Shown here in pieces: positions 19,184 through 28,053 of a stretch of 64,000 bases of DNA (its first letter is position 1; each line of letters begins with the position of its first letter). The notes under the pieces are model-generated. The model was not told the origin of the DNA. It did no database searches and saw nothing but the letters and a program-made list of their open reading frames with translations. A program made the translations under genes and the position numbers. The stretch lies in the NCBI GenBank assembly GCA_005797835.1, contig SYKG01000005.1, positions 3,879-67,878 on the forward strand, in the 5' to 3' direction. This stretch comes from Methylotenera sp. GTDB lineage: Bacteria; Pseudomonadota; Gammaproteobacteria; Burkholderiales; Methylophilaceae.

Positions 19184-20497
19184 ATGAAAAAAATTATCAG
19201 TATTTTTCTACTTAGTATTCTATGTTCTTGCAAAACAATTTCGTCAAAAGAATATTCCATAATGAGTTTAGGTGTCAATCCAATATTACCTGAACCTAAT
19301 TTATCAATTATCCCCACAGTCAATATTGCGAGAGCATCACAATGGCCAGATAATATTAGCCCTCAGGTTAAAGATAGCTTTATGATTAATATTTATTCAA
19401 AAGAACTGATACATCCTCGATGGATATATGTATTGCCTAATGGAGATGTTCTGGTGGCGCAAAGTAATAAACCATCACCAAAAAAAACTAGAAGTTTGAA
19501 AGATATGGTTACTGGATATTTCATGAAAAGGGCAGGGGCTGGTAATGTAAGTCCAGATAAAATTACCTTACTTCAAGATAAGGATCATGATGGAATTGCT
19601 GAATTCGCGAGTGATTTTTTAATAGATCTATATTCACCTTTTGGCATGATATTAGTGGGTAATGATTTATATGTGGCTAACACTGATGCCATCATCCGTT
19701 ATCACTATGAGTCAGGAAATACAAAAATTAATACTAATAAATATCCTCCCGAAAAAATTATTGATTTACCAGCAGGAGAGATTAATAGCCATTGGACTAA
19801 AAATATTATTGCATCGCCAGACGGTACAAAACTTTATGTGACTGTAGGATCTAACAGTAATATTGGTGAACGTGGATTAGATCAAGAAAAAGATCGAGCG
19901 GCTATTTTAGAGGTTGACCTTAAAACAAAACAAAAAAGAATCTATGCATCTGGTCTCAGAAATCCAATTGGCCTTGCATGGCATCCAACTACTTCTAAAT
20001 TGTGGACAGTTGTTAATGAAAGGGATGAATTAGGCAATGATTTGGTCCCTGATTATTTAACCTCTGTAAATGATGGTGATTTTTTTGGATGGCCTTATGT
20101 TTACTACAAAAAACATAAAGATCCTCGCGTAAAAGAAGTAATGCCAAAGGAACTTGATCCACGATCTCCAGATTATGCATTAGGTGCTCACGTTGCAGCT
20201 TTAGGTTTAGTTTTTTCTAATACGTCACAATTTAAACCACCATATAATAATGGAATATTTGTGAGTGAGCATGGTTCTTGGAATAGAGAACCTCGAAGCG
20301 GTTATAAAGTAGTTTTTATACCTTTAACAAATAACGAACCTCAAGCATTGCCAATAGATTTTCTTACAAATTTTGTGGTCAATGACAAAGCTTATGGCAG
20401 ACCAGTAGGTTTAGCAATTGACAGCAAAGGCAATCTTCTTATAGCAGATGATGTAGGTAATCGTGTTTGGAGAGTCAGTCAAAAAAATAACTTTTGA
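19184..20497 (+). CDS. Sorbosone/glucose dehydrogenase family beta-propeller lipoprotein
   Basis: Lipobox-like LCSC, HWTKN, VGSNSN, SGLRNP, VNERD..G..LVPDY, HGSWNR, GRPVG. Confidence 0.88.
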   Translation: MKKIISIFLLSILCSCKTISSKEYSIMSLGVNPILPEPNLSIIPTVNIARASQWPDNISPQVKDSFMINIYSKELIHPRWIYVLPNGDVLVAQSNKPSPKKTRSLKDMVTGYFMKRAGAGNVSPDKITLLQDKDHDGIAEFASDFLIDLYSPFGMILVGNDLYVANTDAIIRYHYESGNTKINTNKYPPEKIIDLPAGEINSHWTKNIIASPDGTKLYVTVGSNSNIGERGLDQEKDRAAILEVDLKTKQKRIYASGLRNPIGLAWHPTTSKLWTVVNERDELGNDLVPDYLTSVNDGDFFGWPYVYYKKHKDPRVKEVMPKELDPRSPDYALGAHVAALGLVFSNTSQFKPPYNNGIFVSEHGSWNREPRSGYKVVFIPLTNNEPQALPIDFLTNFVVNDKAYGRPVGLAIDSKGNLLIADDVGNRVWRVSQKNNF

Positions 20498-20572
20498 CAT
20501 TTAAGTTTTTAATACAAAAGTAAAGTATTTCTATGTATACTCATTGCAAGCTTATAATTAATTTTAATAAAT

Positions 20573-20824
20573 ATGAAATATGTGCTTCTCTTTTTTCTAT
20601 TTTATTTAGCATCAGCTAACGCAAAAGATTCATATTGCTACTCAATAAAAGCATATGATAAAAAGAATTATTGTCTTGCTAAAGCAAATTCTCGCGCATC
20701 ATATTGCTATTCAATCCGAGAAACTGATTTAAAAAATTATTGTCTTGCGCAAGTATTAAATCGAAAAAGTTTTTGTTATAGTATAAAAAATAGGGATAGC
20801 CGAAATGATTGCCTTGCTTTATAA
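20573..20824 (+). CDS. Small secreted protein with three Cys-pair repeats
   Basis: Signal peptide followed by three S[YF]CYSI-x3-D-x-[KR]N-x-CLA units with a 23-aa period. Confidence 0.8.
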   Translation: MKYVLLFFLFYLASANAKDSYCYSIKAYDKKNYCLAKANSRASYCYSIRETDLKNYCLAQVLNRKSFCYSIKNRDSRNDCLAL

Positions 20825-20841
20825 GGCATCAATTAGAAGCT

Positions 20842-21465
20842 TTACGGAACAATCCAAGAAAACCTGTTTTTAGTGTTTTTATAATTTATGACAGCCCTAG
20901 TATGCCCCTGAGCAGCCAAATATAACCAATCAATAGAGATAATGCTACATTTTATAACGCAGAAATTCTTATAACCGATCTCACTCTCTTCCATCGTATA
21001 TCCGTTCTCTAAAAATTCTTTTGGAAGTGAATTTCCTGGACTTTCAAGGATTTTTCCCGGAGCTTGATCAATTAAATAACATTTTCGGCTGTAATGAGCT
21101 GTATTTTGCCATGCAGTTAAACTTATATGATCTTGGTAGTGAATTTTTGTTTGAGCATTAACCCTAAGTTGTATTTTTTCATCTTTATTATAAAAAGTAA
21201 GGCAGCAGATTGGATCTATTTTTAAATAGTGAATTTTTGCTGAGCGATAATCTGAATGAAAAAAAAGGGTTTTACTTGTTTTATCTATTGATCTTAGAAC
21301 AACAGTTTTAGCACTGGGTTTACCGTCTTGAATATTTGAAAAAACTGGTGTTTTGAAAGGAGAGTCTTTAATTAAAAGAGCATCTTTAAATAAAGACCAA
21401 ATTTTTTCCTCTACCTCTTCTCTGTTATTAAAGAAATATACTAACGATTTAGATTGTTTAACCAT
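20842..21465 (-). CDS. Pyridoxamine 5'-phosphate oxidase-like FMN-binding protein
   Basis: KTVVLR, FHSDYRSAK, IQLR, NFCV, IDWLYL...HTR. Confidence 0.85.
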   Translation of the reverse strand: MVKQSKSLVYFFNNREEVEEKIWSLFKDALLIKDSPFKTPVFSNIQDGKPSAKTVVLRSIDKTSKTLFFHSDYRSAKIHYLKIDPICCLTFYNKDEKIQLRVNAQTKIHYQDHISLTAWQNTAHYSRKCYLIDQAPGKILESPGNSLPKEFLENGYTMEESEIGYKNFCVIKCSIISIDWLYLAAQGHTRAVINYKNTKNRFSWIVP

Positions 21466-21481
21466 AAAAGTATATATTTAT

Positions 21482-22090
21482 TTACACTAATTTTTTATTT
21501 TTCAAATTTGTTTTTGAAATTTTAATACGACACAAAAGTAGTATTAAAATAATTAAAATATAAATAAAAGGTTCAGTTATATCTTTTTTAACAAGCCAGA
21601 TAAAATGAAGTGCACCTAATATAGCTATCACATAAATAAGACGATGTAGTTTTTTCCAGTTAGCTTTGAGCCTTCTAATCATTTTTTCAGATGATGTCAG
21701 CGCTAGTGGTATCAATAAAACCCATCCAAGAAAACCAACCAGGACGAAGCGGTGCTCAACAATATCATTTTTGATTTCTACCCAATCAAAATGATAATCT
21801 ATACCTATGTAACAAAATAAATGTACTGTTGTATAAAAGAATACAAATAAGCCTAACATACGCCTATATAAAATCCATTGTGTGATTTTTGTGAAACGCC
21901 TCAATGGAGACATGCTAAGCGTCAAACATAAAAAAATTAATGACCATTTGCCAAAATGACGCACAATAAACTCGACCGGATTAGCTCCCAGATTATTATT
22001 TAGTATATGAAAGCAAATGGAAAAGATAGGCCATAAACACAAAGTAAAAGCGAAACGTTTAATGAGCAAATGGTTTGATTGTAAAAGCAT
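21482..22090 (-). CDS. msrQ: Heme-binding membrane subunit of periplasmic methionine sulfoxide reductase
   Basis: LGANPVE, RRMLGL, ALTS, WKKLHRLIY..LH; immediately after msrP. Confidence 0.93.
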   Translation of the reverse strand: MLLQSNHLLIKRFAFTLCLWPIFSICFHILNNNLGANPVEFIVRHFGKWSLIFLCLTLSMSPLRRFTKITQWILYRRMLGLFVFFYTTVHLFCYIGIDYHFDWVEIKNDIVEHRFVLVGFLGWVLLIPLALTSSEKMIRRLKANWKKLHRLIYVIAILGALHFIWLVKKDITEPFIYILIILILLLCRIKISKTNLKNKKLV

Positions 22091-23032
22091 CTAGAAATTT
22101 CTGTTTAAATCCATGCCTTGATATAAGTGAGCCACTTCATTTGCGTACCCATTAAACATTTGGGTTTTTAATCTTGGTGACAATAAACTTTCTCCAATCC
22201 TTCGTTCAGTAGCTTGTGTCCAGCGCAGGTGATCTACACTGGGGTTAACATTTGAATAAAAACCATATTCTTTTGGATTTGCTTTCACCCAAGTTGTTAG
22301 CGGTATTTTTTCTACCATTTTAATTTGAGTAATGGCCTTAATACTTTTGAAACCATATTTCCAGGGAACTACAAGCCTTAAAGGCGCCCCATTTTGTTTA
22401 GGTAAGACTTTTCCATATAATCCCACAGCTAAAATCGTGAGTGGATGCATCGCTTCATCTATTCTTAATCCCTCTCTATAGGGCCAATCTAATATGTTAT
22501 CTTTTTGACCAACCATTTCACTTGGACGTTTGAGAGATATAAATTCAACAAATTTAGCATTATTTGTGATTGATGCCCTTTTAAGAAGAGCGTTTAATGG
22601 GATGCCAATCCACGGAATCACCATTGACCATCCTTCAACACAGCGGAGACTGTATATTCGCTCCTCTAGAGGAGCGAGCTTTACTAGCTCATCTATTGAC
22701 ATGGTAAAAGGTTTATTAACAGCACCTATAACCTGAATGGACCATGGATCTATATTTAAATTTTCTGCATGTTCATAAGGGTCTGATTTTGAGGTTCCGA
22801 ATTCGTAGTAATTATTGTAAGTTGTAATATCTTTGTAAGATGTCAATTTCTGATTTAATGAGTCCTTTGCTTGAGTAAAAGATGGAATAGTACTCAATGC
22901 CAGCAAACTTTTACTTGATAAAATTGACAAGCTAATTGAGCCCAATCCTAATTTTTTTATAAATTCTCTTCGTTCATGAAAGATAAATTCTGGGGTAATT
23001 GCAGATGATGGAATAGACTTGATTTTTCTCAT
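22091..23032 (-). CDS. msrP: Molybdopterin catalytic subunit of periplasmic methionine sulfoxide reductase
   Basis: Tat motif RREFIK, YNNYYEFG, RCVEGWSMVIPW, NGAPLRLVVPWKYGFKS. ATG 23032 preferred. Confidence 0.96.
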   Translation of the reverse strand: MRKIKSIPSSAITPEFIFHERREFIKKLGLGSISLSILSSKSLLALSTIPSFTQAKDSLNQKLTSYKDITTYNNYYEFGTSKSDPYEHAENLNIDPWSIQVIGAVNKPFTMSIDELVKLAPLEERIYSLRCVEGWSMVIPWIGIPLNALLKRASITNNAKFVEFISLKRPSEMVGQKDNILDWPYREGLRIDEAMHPLTILAVGLYGKVLPKQNGAPLRLVVPWKYGFKSIKAITQIKMVEKIPLTTWVKANPKEYGFYSNVNPSVDHLRWTQATERRIGESLLSPRLKTQMFNGYANEVAHLYQGMDLNRNF

Positions 23033-23197
23033 ATTAGCTAGTCTCAAAGCTAATAGGATTCAAAATAAAGCCATATCGTTCAATAGAATGAGGCAAAATA
23101 TTTTATATCTAGTGAACTTCGCTTTTTTGTGAGATCTTGCGGATCAAGAGACTCATAAAGATAGCTGAGTTGTCCCATATTTGACTCTAAGTTCATA

Positions 23198-23274
23198 CCA
23201 GATATGGATATTTTGCTTAATTTTTAGGCAAGACCCGAGGTTTGGGCAGTGGGGGTGAAATAGGGGATGTGTTA
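23198..23274 (-). repeat. Decayed module copy 7
   Basis: CCAGATATGGATATTTTG and GGGGGTGAAATAGGGGATGTGTTA resemble copy 2 CCAGAAGCGGATATTT and GGGGCGAAATAGGGGTGTG. Confidence 0.65.
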
Positions 23275-23288
23275 GATAAAGCTTTACT

Positions 23289-23328
23289 AAAAAAAACCTC
23301 ACAAAGCTTAATGGGCTTAAGTGAGGTT
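23289..23328 (-). terminator. Intrinsic terminator after the repeat-peptide gene
   Basis: CCTCAC...AAGC/GCTT...GTGAGG stem followed by a U-tract on the minus strand. Confidence 0.6.
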
Positions 23329-23380
23329 ATTCAATTGCCCTAATTCTGATAAAAATTAGGAAATAATTCTTTTTAAATGA

Positions 23381-23626
23381 TTATTTTGTGTACTCAGCTC
23401 CAGGATTAAATGGACCATTACCACCAATTAAGAGGGCATCTGTGGGATGAAATCCCTTAATTTCCGGTTCAGGTGCTTGATACTCCGCCCCTTGATTAAA
23501 TTGGCCATTACCACCAATTAAGAGAGCATCTGTGGGGTGAAAAGGTTTGAAGCCTAAATCTTCTTCAGCGAAAAGAGGGCCACTCAAGAAGGGAAGTAAA
23601 AAAACAAAAACTAATATTTTTTTCAT
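23381..23626 (-). CDS. Small secreted protein with two FHPTDALLIGGNGxFNxGAEY repeats
   Basis: Signal peptide and an AGGAG RBS. DNA repeat 23391-23452 / 23481-23542 has a 90-nt period and 8 differences in 62 nt. Confidence 0.85.
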   Translation of the reverse strand: MKKILVFVFLLPFLSGPLFAEEDLGFKPFHPTDALLIGGNGQFNQGAEYQAPEPEIKGFHPTDALLIGGNGPFNPGAEYTK

Positions 23627-23816
23627 AAAATCTACTCCTGATCATTTAGTTGCTTAAATCTCAAAAAACTTAATATTTTTTGATAGTTGGTCTTTGATCC
23701 TATGCCTAAAAAGATTAAAAATCAATACTTAATATTAATAAAACATAATATTATTGGGTGCTAAATTTTTACGTAGAACACTTAAAATAAATGAAATCCT
23801 TAGATGTTGGATTATA

Positions 23817-25073
23817 TTAAGTTGCCACTATTAACTGATCCCAGCTAGTCGTATAATTTCGTGACTTAAAGTTAGCTCGCATTTCCCATTCTTTTGTAAC
23901 ACCTTCACTACCTAATTTCAGCTTACCCTTCCATCTTCGATTGATGGTATCCATGGTCTTCATGCGTGAATTAGAAGTCGTCTTGTTAAATAGATTGCCT
24001 TGCATTTTATGTTTGGAAGTTAAATCGCAAAGAGTGATACCTGCTTTCTGATAATTAAAGCTGTGACGATAAATATAATCCAATCCTAATAAGGCAGCAT
24101 TGGTTAATACCATGGTGTCATCGCTAGGTTGGAATAAAGGAATGTTAATTCCATTAGCATATTGTTTCTTATCATCATGTGGGCTTGTTCTTATATAAAC
24201 GTATATAGAAGTGGCGACTGATTCTTGTTTTCTCATTCTTTCAGCAGCACGACTTGTATATGAAGTTACAGCCTCTATGAGTTCTTGTTTATCTCTGACT
24301 CGTCTTCCAAAAGAACGGGATACCATAATTTCTTTATTAGGCTCTTCTATATCTTTTAATTCCATACATATCACACCATTAAGTTCACGTACTGTTTTTT
24401 CAAGAACAATACTAAATTGTTGTCGTATATATTCTGGATCAGCATGTTTTAAATCTAGGACAGACATGATGCCAAGTTGATTAAGTTTGGGTGCTAACGA
24501 TCTACCTACGCCCCACACATCAGAAACTGAAATATGACTCATCCATGTTTCAAGTGTATCTTGATCCATGGCATTTAAATTACATACATCTTTGAATGAA
24601 GGATTTTTTTTTGCAATGTGATTGGCTAACTTAGATAATGTTTTAGTAGAGCCTATACCTATAGATACAGGTAACCCTGCCCATTGTTTAATTTTAGTTT
24701 TAATTTGCTGACTATATTGAATAAGGTCTTTAGATTTGAATGTGGTTAAGTCTAAAAATGACTCATCTATGGAATAAATTTCTTGCTCAGGACTAAATTT
24801 AGACAACAGGGCCATGACACGATGACTCATATCTAAGTATAAAGTGTAGTTAGATGATAGCGCAGTTAAGTTACCAGTATTCACTATATCTTTAATTTGA
24901 AAATACGGCACACCCATCTTAATCCCAAGTGCTTTAGCTTCATTGGACCGAGAAATAGCACATCCATCATTATTACTTAATACTACTACAGGCTTATTTT
25001 CTAGCTTAGGATTAAACACTCTCTCGCAACTTACGTAGAAGTTATTAACATCAATGAGAGCAATAGATTTCAT
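23817..25073 (-). CDS. umuC: Y-family DNA polymerase V catalytic subunit
   Basis: [32 protein letters not shown]-terminal WEMR...YTTSW. Confidence 0.95.
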   Translation of the reverse strand: MKSIALIDVNNFYVSCERVFNPKLENKPVVVLSNNDGCAISRSNEAKALGIKMGVPYFQIKDIVNTGNLTALSSNYTLYLDMSHRVMALLSKFSPEQEIYSIDESFLDLTTFKSKDLIQYSQQIKTKIKQWAGLPVSIGIGSTKTLSKLANHIAKKNPSFKDVCNLNAMDQDTLETWMSHISVSDVWGVGRSLAPKLNQLGIMSVLDLKHADPEYIRQQFSIVLEKTVRELNGVICMELKDIEEPNKEIMVSRSFGRRVRDKQELIEAVTSYTSRAAERMRKQESVATSIYVYIRTSPHDDKKQYANGINIPLFQPSDDTMVLTNAALLGLDYIYRHSFNYQKAGITLCDLTSKHKMQGNLFNKTTSNSRMKTMDTINRRWKGKLKLGSEGVTKEWEMRANFKSRNYTTSWDQLIVAT

Positions 25074-25252
25074 AGGGTTATTTTAATTGAAAATATTAAA
25101 ACTTTTAACATATGACATTCAAAATATTTGAAAAAATCCTGAAAGTAATGGTTAAAGAATGATTGTTAATTTTGGGAACTAATAGATTCCTAGGATATCT
25201 TAAACAAGCTAACCAAAAGTTAGCTATTTTATACAACCCAAAAGGTGATGAC

Positions 25253-25411
25253 ATGAATACAAATAAAAAAGAACTTAATGATTGTAAGGTTATAGACCTT
25301 GCTCCGGAAGCAGCTATGAAAGCTTTACTTCCTTCTGATGAATTTCCTTGTAAACAAGAAGATAAAGCTTGTACCAAAAGATGGCTTGAATCTCAATCTG
25401 ATTGCGCTTAA
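25253..25411 (+). CDS. Small Cys-rich protein, 52 aa, upstream of msrA
   Basis: AAAGGTG RBS before ATG 25253; four Cys, ending WLESQSDCA. Confidence 0.7.
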   Translation: MNTNKKELNDCKVIDLAPEAAMKALLPSDEFPCKQEDKACTKRWLESQSDCA

Positions 25412-25416
25412 AGTCT

Positions 25417-25920
25417 ATGAGCCATGAAACAGTCTTTTTAGCAGGGGGTTGCTATTGGGGGCTTGAGGATCTTTTAAGTAAAATACCTGGTGTGGTAAAC
25501 ACAAGTGTAGGTTTTTCGGGCGGACATGTTAAAAATGTTGGTTATCGTGAAGTATCCACTGGCACCACAGGACATGCAGAAACTGTAAAAGTTGTTTTTG
25601 AGACTCACCACTTGAGTTTCTTAGACCTACTTTTGCAATTTTTTAAAATGCATGACCCTACAACTCTTAATCAGCAAGGTAATGATATCGGTTCACAATA
25701 CCGATCAGCTATTTTTGCTACAACTCAAGAACAAATACTGCTAGCTGAGGATTTGATTAAAAAGATAGATCTCTCTGGCGTACTCAAAAATAAAATTACC
25801 ACTGAAGTTAATAACTTTTGGGCATTTTTCCCTGCTGAAGAAGCCCATCAGAAATATCTTGAAAAGTATCCTGATGGCTACACATGTCACTATATTAGAA
25901 ATGTTAACTTGGCTGCTTAG
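25417..25920 (+). CDS. msrA: Peptide-methionine (S)-S-oxide reductase
   Basis: AGGCYWG, TGHAE, HDPTT, QGNDIGSQYRS, AEEAHQKY, GYTCH. Confidence 0.96.
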   Translation: MSHETVFLAGGCYWGLEDLLSKIPGVVNTSVGFSGGHVKNVGYREVSTGTTGHAETVKVVFETHHLSFLDLLLQFFKMHDPTTLNQQGNDIGSQYRSAIFATTQEQILLAEDLIKKIDLSGVLKNKITTEVNNFWAFFPAEEAHQKYLEKYPDGYTCHYIRNVNLAA

Positions 25921-25954
25921 AACTTTGTAAAAGTAAATTCAAATTTCTAAAAAA

Positions 25955-26104
25955 TTATTTTGACAAAAGATACAACATAAGCCCAAAATAAAGAATAGCA
26001 AAAATGGCAACAATCCAGAATACCTTCAGCATATTTTTATTAATTTCATGAAGCTTGCCATAAATTTTTTTTAGTAATCTTTCTTGGTCTATTTTTTTAT
26101 TCAT
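25955..26104 (-). CDS. Small C-terminally anchored membrane protein, 49 aa (not in ORF track)
   Basis: MNKKIDQERLLKKIYGKLHEINKNMLKVFWIVAIFAILYFGLMLYLLSK, with a GAGGA RBS just upstream. Confidence 0.6.
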   Translation of the reverse strand: MNKKIDQERLLKKIYGKLHEINKNMLKVFWIVAIFAILYFGLMLYLLSK

Positions 26105-26180
26105 TTTATTCCTCATTAAATAACTAATTATTTGAGTATTCTAAAGGGAACTCGTTTCATTCTAATAACTCATAAAGAGT

Positions 26181-26786
26181 ATGCAAAAAAAGATACCACA
26201 TCATCCAGCCAGCGCCATTTCAGATTATTTTGCCTTGGCGTGCACTAAATTACTACGCTTCATTGCGGATACTTTTTTTGCAGGACGTTATGGCCATAGA
26301 GCAGTTGTTTTAGAGACTATAGCTGGAGTTCCTGGGATGGTTGGTGGAACACTGCAACATCTTAAATCTCTAAGGCGAATGAAGAGTGATGATGGTTGGA
26401 TAAGGACCTTGCTTGATGAAGCTGAAAACGAACGCATGCATTTAATGACTTTCATTGAAATAGCCAAACCCAATGCTTTTGAGAGATTCTTAATTATTCT
26501 TGCACAAGGCATTTTTTATAATTTATTTTTTATACTATATTTAATTTCATCTAAAACTGCTCATCGTTTAGTTGGTTATTTTGAAGAGGAGGCTGTTTTC
26601 AGCTATACCGAATATTTAAAAGGTGTAAATGAAGGCAAATATGAAGATATTCCAGCCCCTAAAATAGCCATTGATTATTGGCATCTAAAAGAAGATGCTC
26701 GATTAAGCGATGTAATTATTGCAGTGAGAAATGATGAGATGAACCACAGAGATGTAAATCATAGTTTTGCAAATCAAATCAATTAG
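26181..26786 (+). CDS. aox: Alternative oxidase (di-iron ubiquinol oxidase)
   Basis: [36 protein letters not shown]. Confidence 0.96.
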   Translation: MQKKIPHHPASAISDYFALACTKLLRFIADTFFAGRYGHRAVVLETIAGVPGMVGGTLQHLKSLRRMKSDDGWIRTLLDEAENERMHLMTFIEIAKPNAFERFLIILAQGIFYNLFFILYLISSKTAHRLVGYFEEEAVFSYTEYLKGVNEGKYEDIPAPKIAIDYWHLKEDARLSDVIIAVRNDEMNHRDVNHSFANQIN

Positions 26787-26810
26787 ATTTAAATTCACCG
26801 GAGAAAAAAT

Positions 26811-26933
26811 ATGGAACATATGATGAGTTCAGGGTATTGCTGGCCTATGGTAATCATGTATTTGCTCATGACTGCCTTTTTAGTGTTAGGTATAGCTTCT
26901 TTTGTAAAATATTTATTTTTTAAAAAAAAGTAA
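26811..26933 (+). CDS. Small Met-rich membrane peptide, 40 aa (not in ORF track)
   Basis: MEHMMSSGYCWPMVIMYLLMTAFLVLGIASFVKYLFFKKK, with a GGAG RBS at 26800-26803. Confidence 0.7.
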   Translation: MEHMMSSGYCWPMVIMYLLMTAFLVLGIASFVKYLFFKKK

Positions 26934-27154
26934 ATTTTAGGACATAAATTAAGGCATTTATCCTTAGCATTAAAGTTTTCCTATTTATACCCCTATTTGC
27001 ATTGTGGTTAATAATAATCACGATTTAAGTAAAAAAAAGATATAAATCTTTTTTAAAAGTGTAAACTTTACTCAAGGTAATTTGCTTTGTTGTCTTGGTA
27101 GATTATCTATATAGCCGCAAATGAAAGTTTTCACTCAATCAACAGGAGATTCTT

Positions 27155-27940
27155 ATGTTTCGAAGTTTTTTTAAGTTCTTAAAAAATAATAGCTTGTTAG
27201 GATTGTCTCTACTAGGCCTATCATCCTCGGCTTTTGCAGGAGATGCCGCAATGCTAAAACCCGATGATTTCGTTGGTATTACTTTTTGGCTTATTTCTAT
27301 AGCCTTAACAGCATCAACAGCTTTTTTCTTTCTTGAAAGAGATCGTGTTTCAGCAAAGTGGAAAACATCACTAACTGTTTCTGGGCTTGTAACACTTGTT
27401 GCAGCCGTTCACTATTTCTATATGCGTGATATATGGGTATCAACAGGTACAACGCCAACGGTATATAGATATATTGATTGGTTGATCACCGTGCCTCTGT
27501 TAATGATTGAGTTTTATCTTATCCTTTCTGCAATTACTAAGGTATCCAACGGCGTTTTCTGGCGTCTCTTAATCGGTACAGTAGTGATGCTTGCTGGCGG
27601 TTATGCTGGTGAAGCAGGATACGCTGATGTTACAACAGCATTTATTGTTGGATTGCTTGGTTGGGCTTACATTCTCTATGAAATCTTTGCAGGGGAAGCA
27701 GGTAAAATCAGTGCTAGTAAAGCACCTGCATCAGTTCAATCAGCATTTAATCTTATGCGATTGATTGTAACGTTTGGTTGGGCAATTTATCCATTAGGTT
27801 ATTATTTTGGTTATCTAACTGGCCAAGACCCAGCAAGCAGCGCAGCGAATTTAAATGTCATCTACAACTTAGCTGACGTATTAAATAAAATTGCTTTTGG
27901 TGTAATTATTTGGTCTGTAGCAGTTTCAGAATCTAAATAA
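27155..27940 (+). CDS. Green-absorbing proteorhodopsin (DTE proton pump)
   Basis: Signal peptide; RYIDWLITVPLLMIE gives D97/T101/L105/E108 equivalents; His in AVHY; retinal Lys in DVLNKIAFG. Confidence 0.97.
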   Translation: MFRSFFKFLKNNSLLGLSLLGLSSSAFAGDAAMLKPDDFVGITFWLISIALTASTAFFFLERDRVSAKWKTSLTVSGLVTLVAAVHYFYMRDIWVSTGTTPTVYRYIDWLITVPLLMIEFYLILSAITKVSNGVFWRLLIGTVVMLAGGYAGEAGYADVTTAFIVGLLGWAYILYEIFAGEAGKISASKAPASVQSAFNLMRLIVTFGWAIYPLGYYFGYLTGQDPASSAANLNVIYNLADVLNKIAFGVIIWSVAVSESK

Positions 27941-27955
27941 CTAAGTAATTTTTAA

Positions 27956-27991
27956 AAAAAAACTGTGTAGTTCAGGCTACACAGTTTTTTT
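27956..27991 (+). terminator. Strong intrinsic terminator between the two rhodopsin genes
   Basis: AAACTGTGTAG-TTCAGG-CTACACAGTTTTTTT. Confidence 0.88.
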
Positions 27992-28053
27992 ATTTTTACT
28001 AATAAAATTAATAGATCAAAAACCTAAAGCAATAAAATCGATATACTAATACC

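Larger units (their letters stand above)
2564..23626. mobile_element. Additive flexible genomic island: gene cassettes separated by decayed 5'-half-tRNA/promoter modules; boundaries approximate, no integrase seen
   Basis: Up to seven co-oriented related modules near 5.0, 6.0, 9.2, 11.2, 15.4, 17.1 and 23.2 kb lie in intergenic gaps between functionally coherent cassettes. GC content varies between cassettes. Confidence 0.7.

Noticed and set aside
5008-23274. CRISPR array or classical integron attC array
   Set aside because: Repeats are kilobases apart, tRNA-derived and degenerate. There are no cas or intI genes and no RYYYAAC/GTTRRRY attC ends.
26986-26998. Inverted copy of the module end motif (TACCCCTATTT)
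   Set aside because: Only 11 nt, in the opposite orientation, with no accompanying -10 box or tRNA fragment; likely chance.
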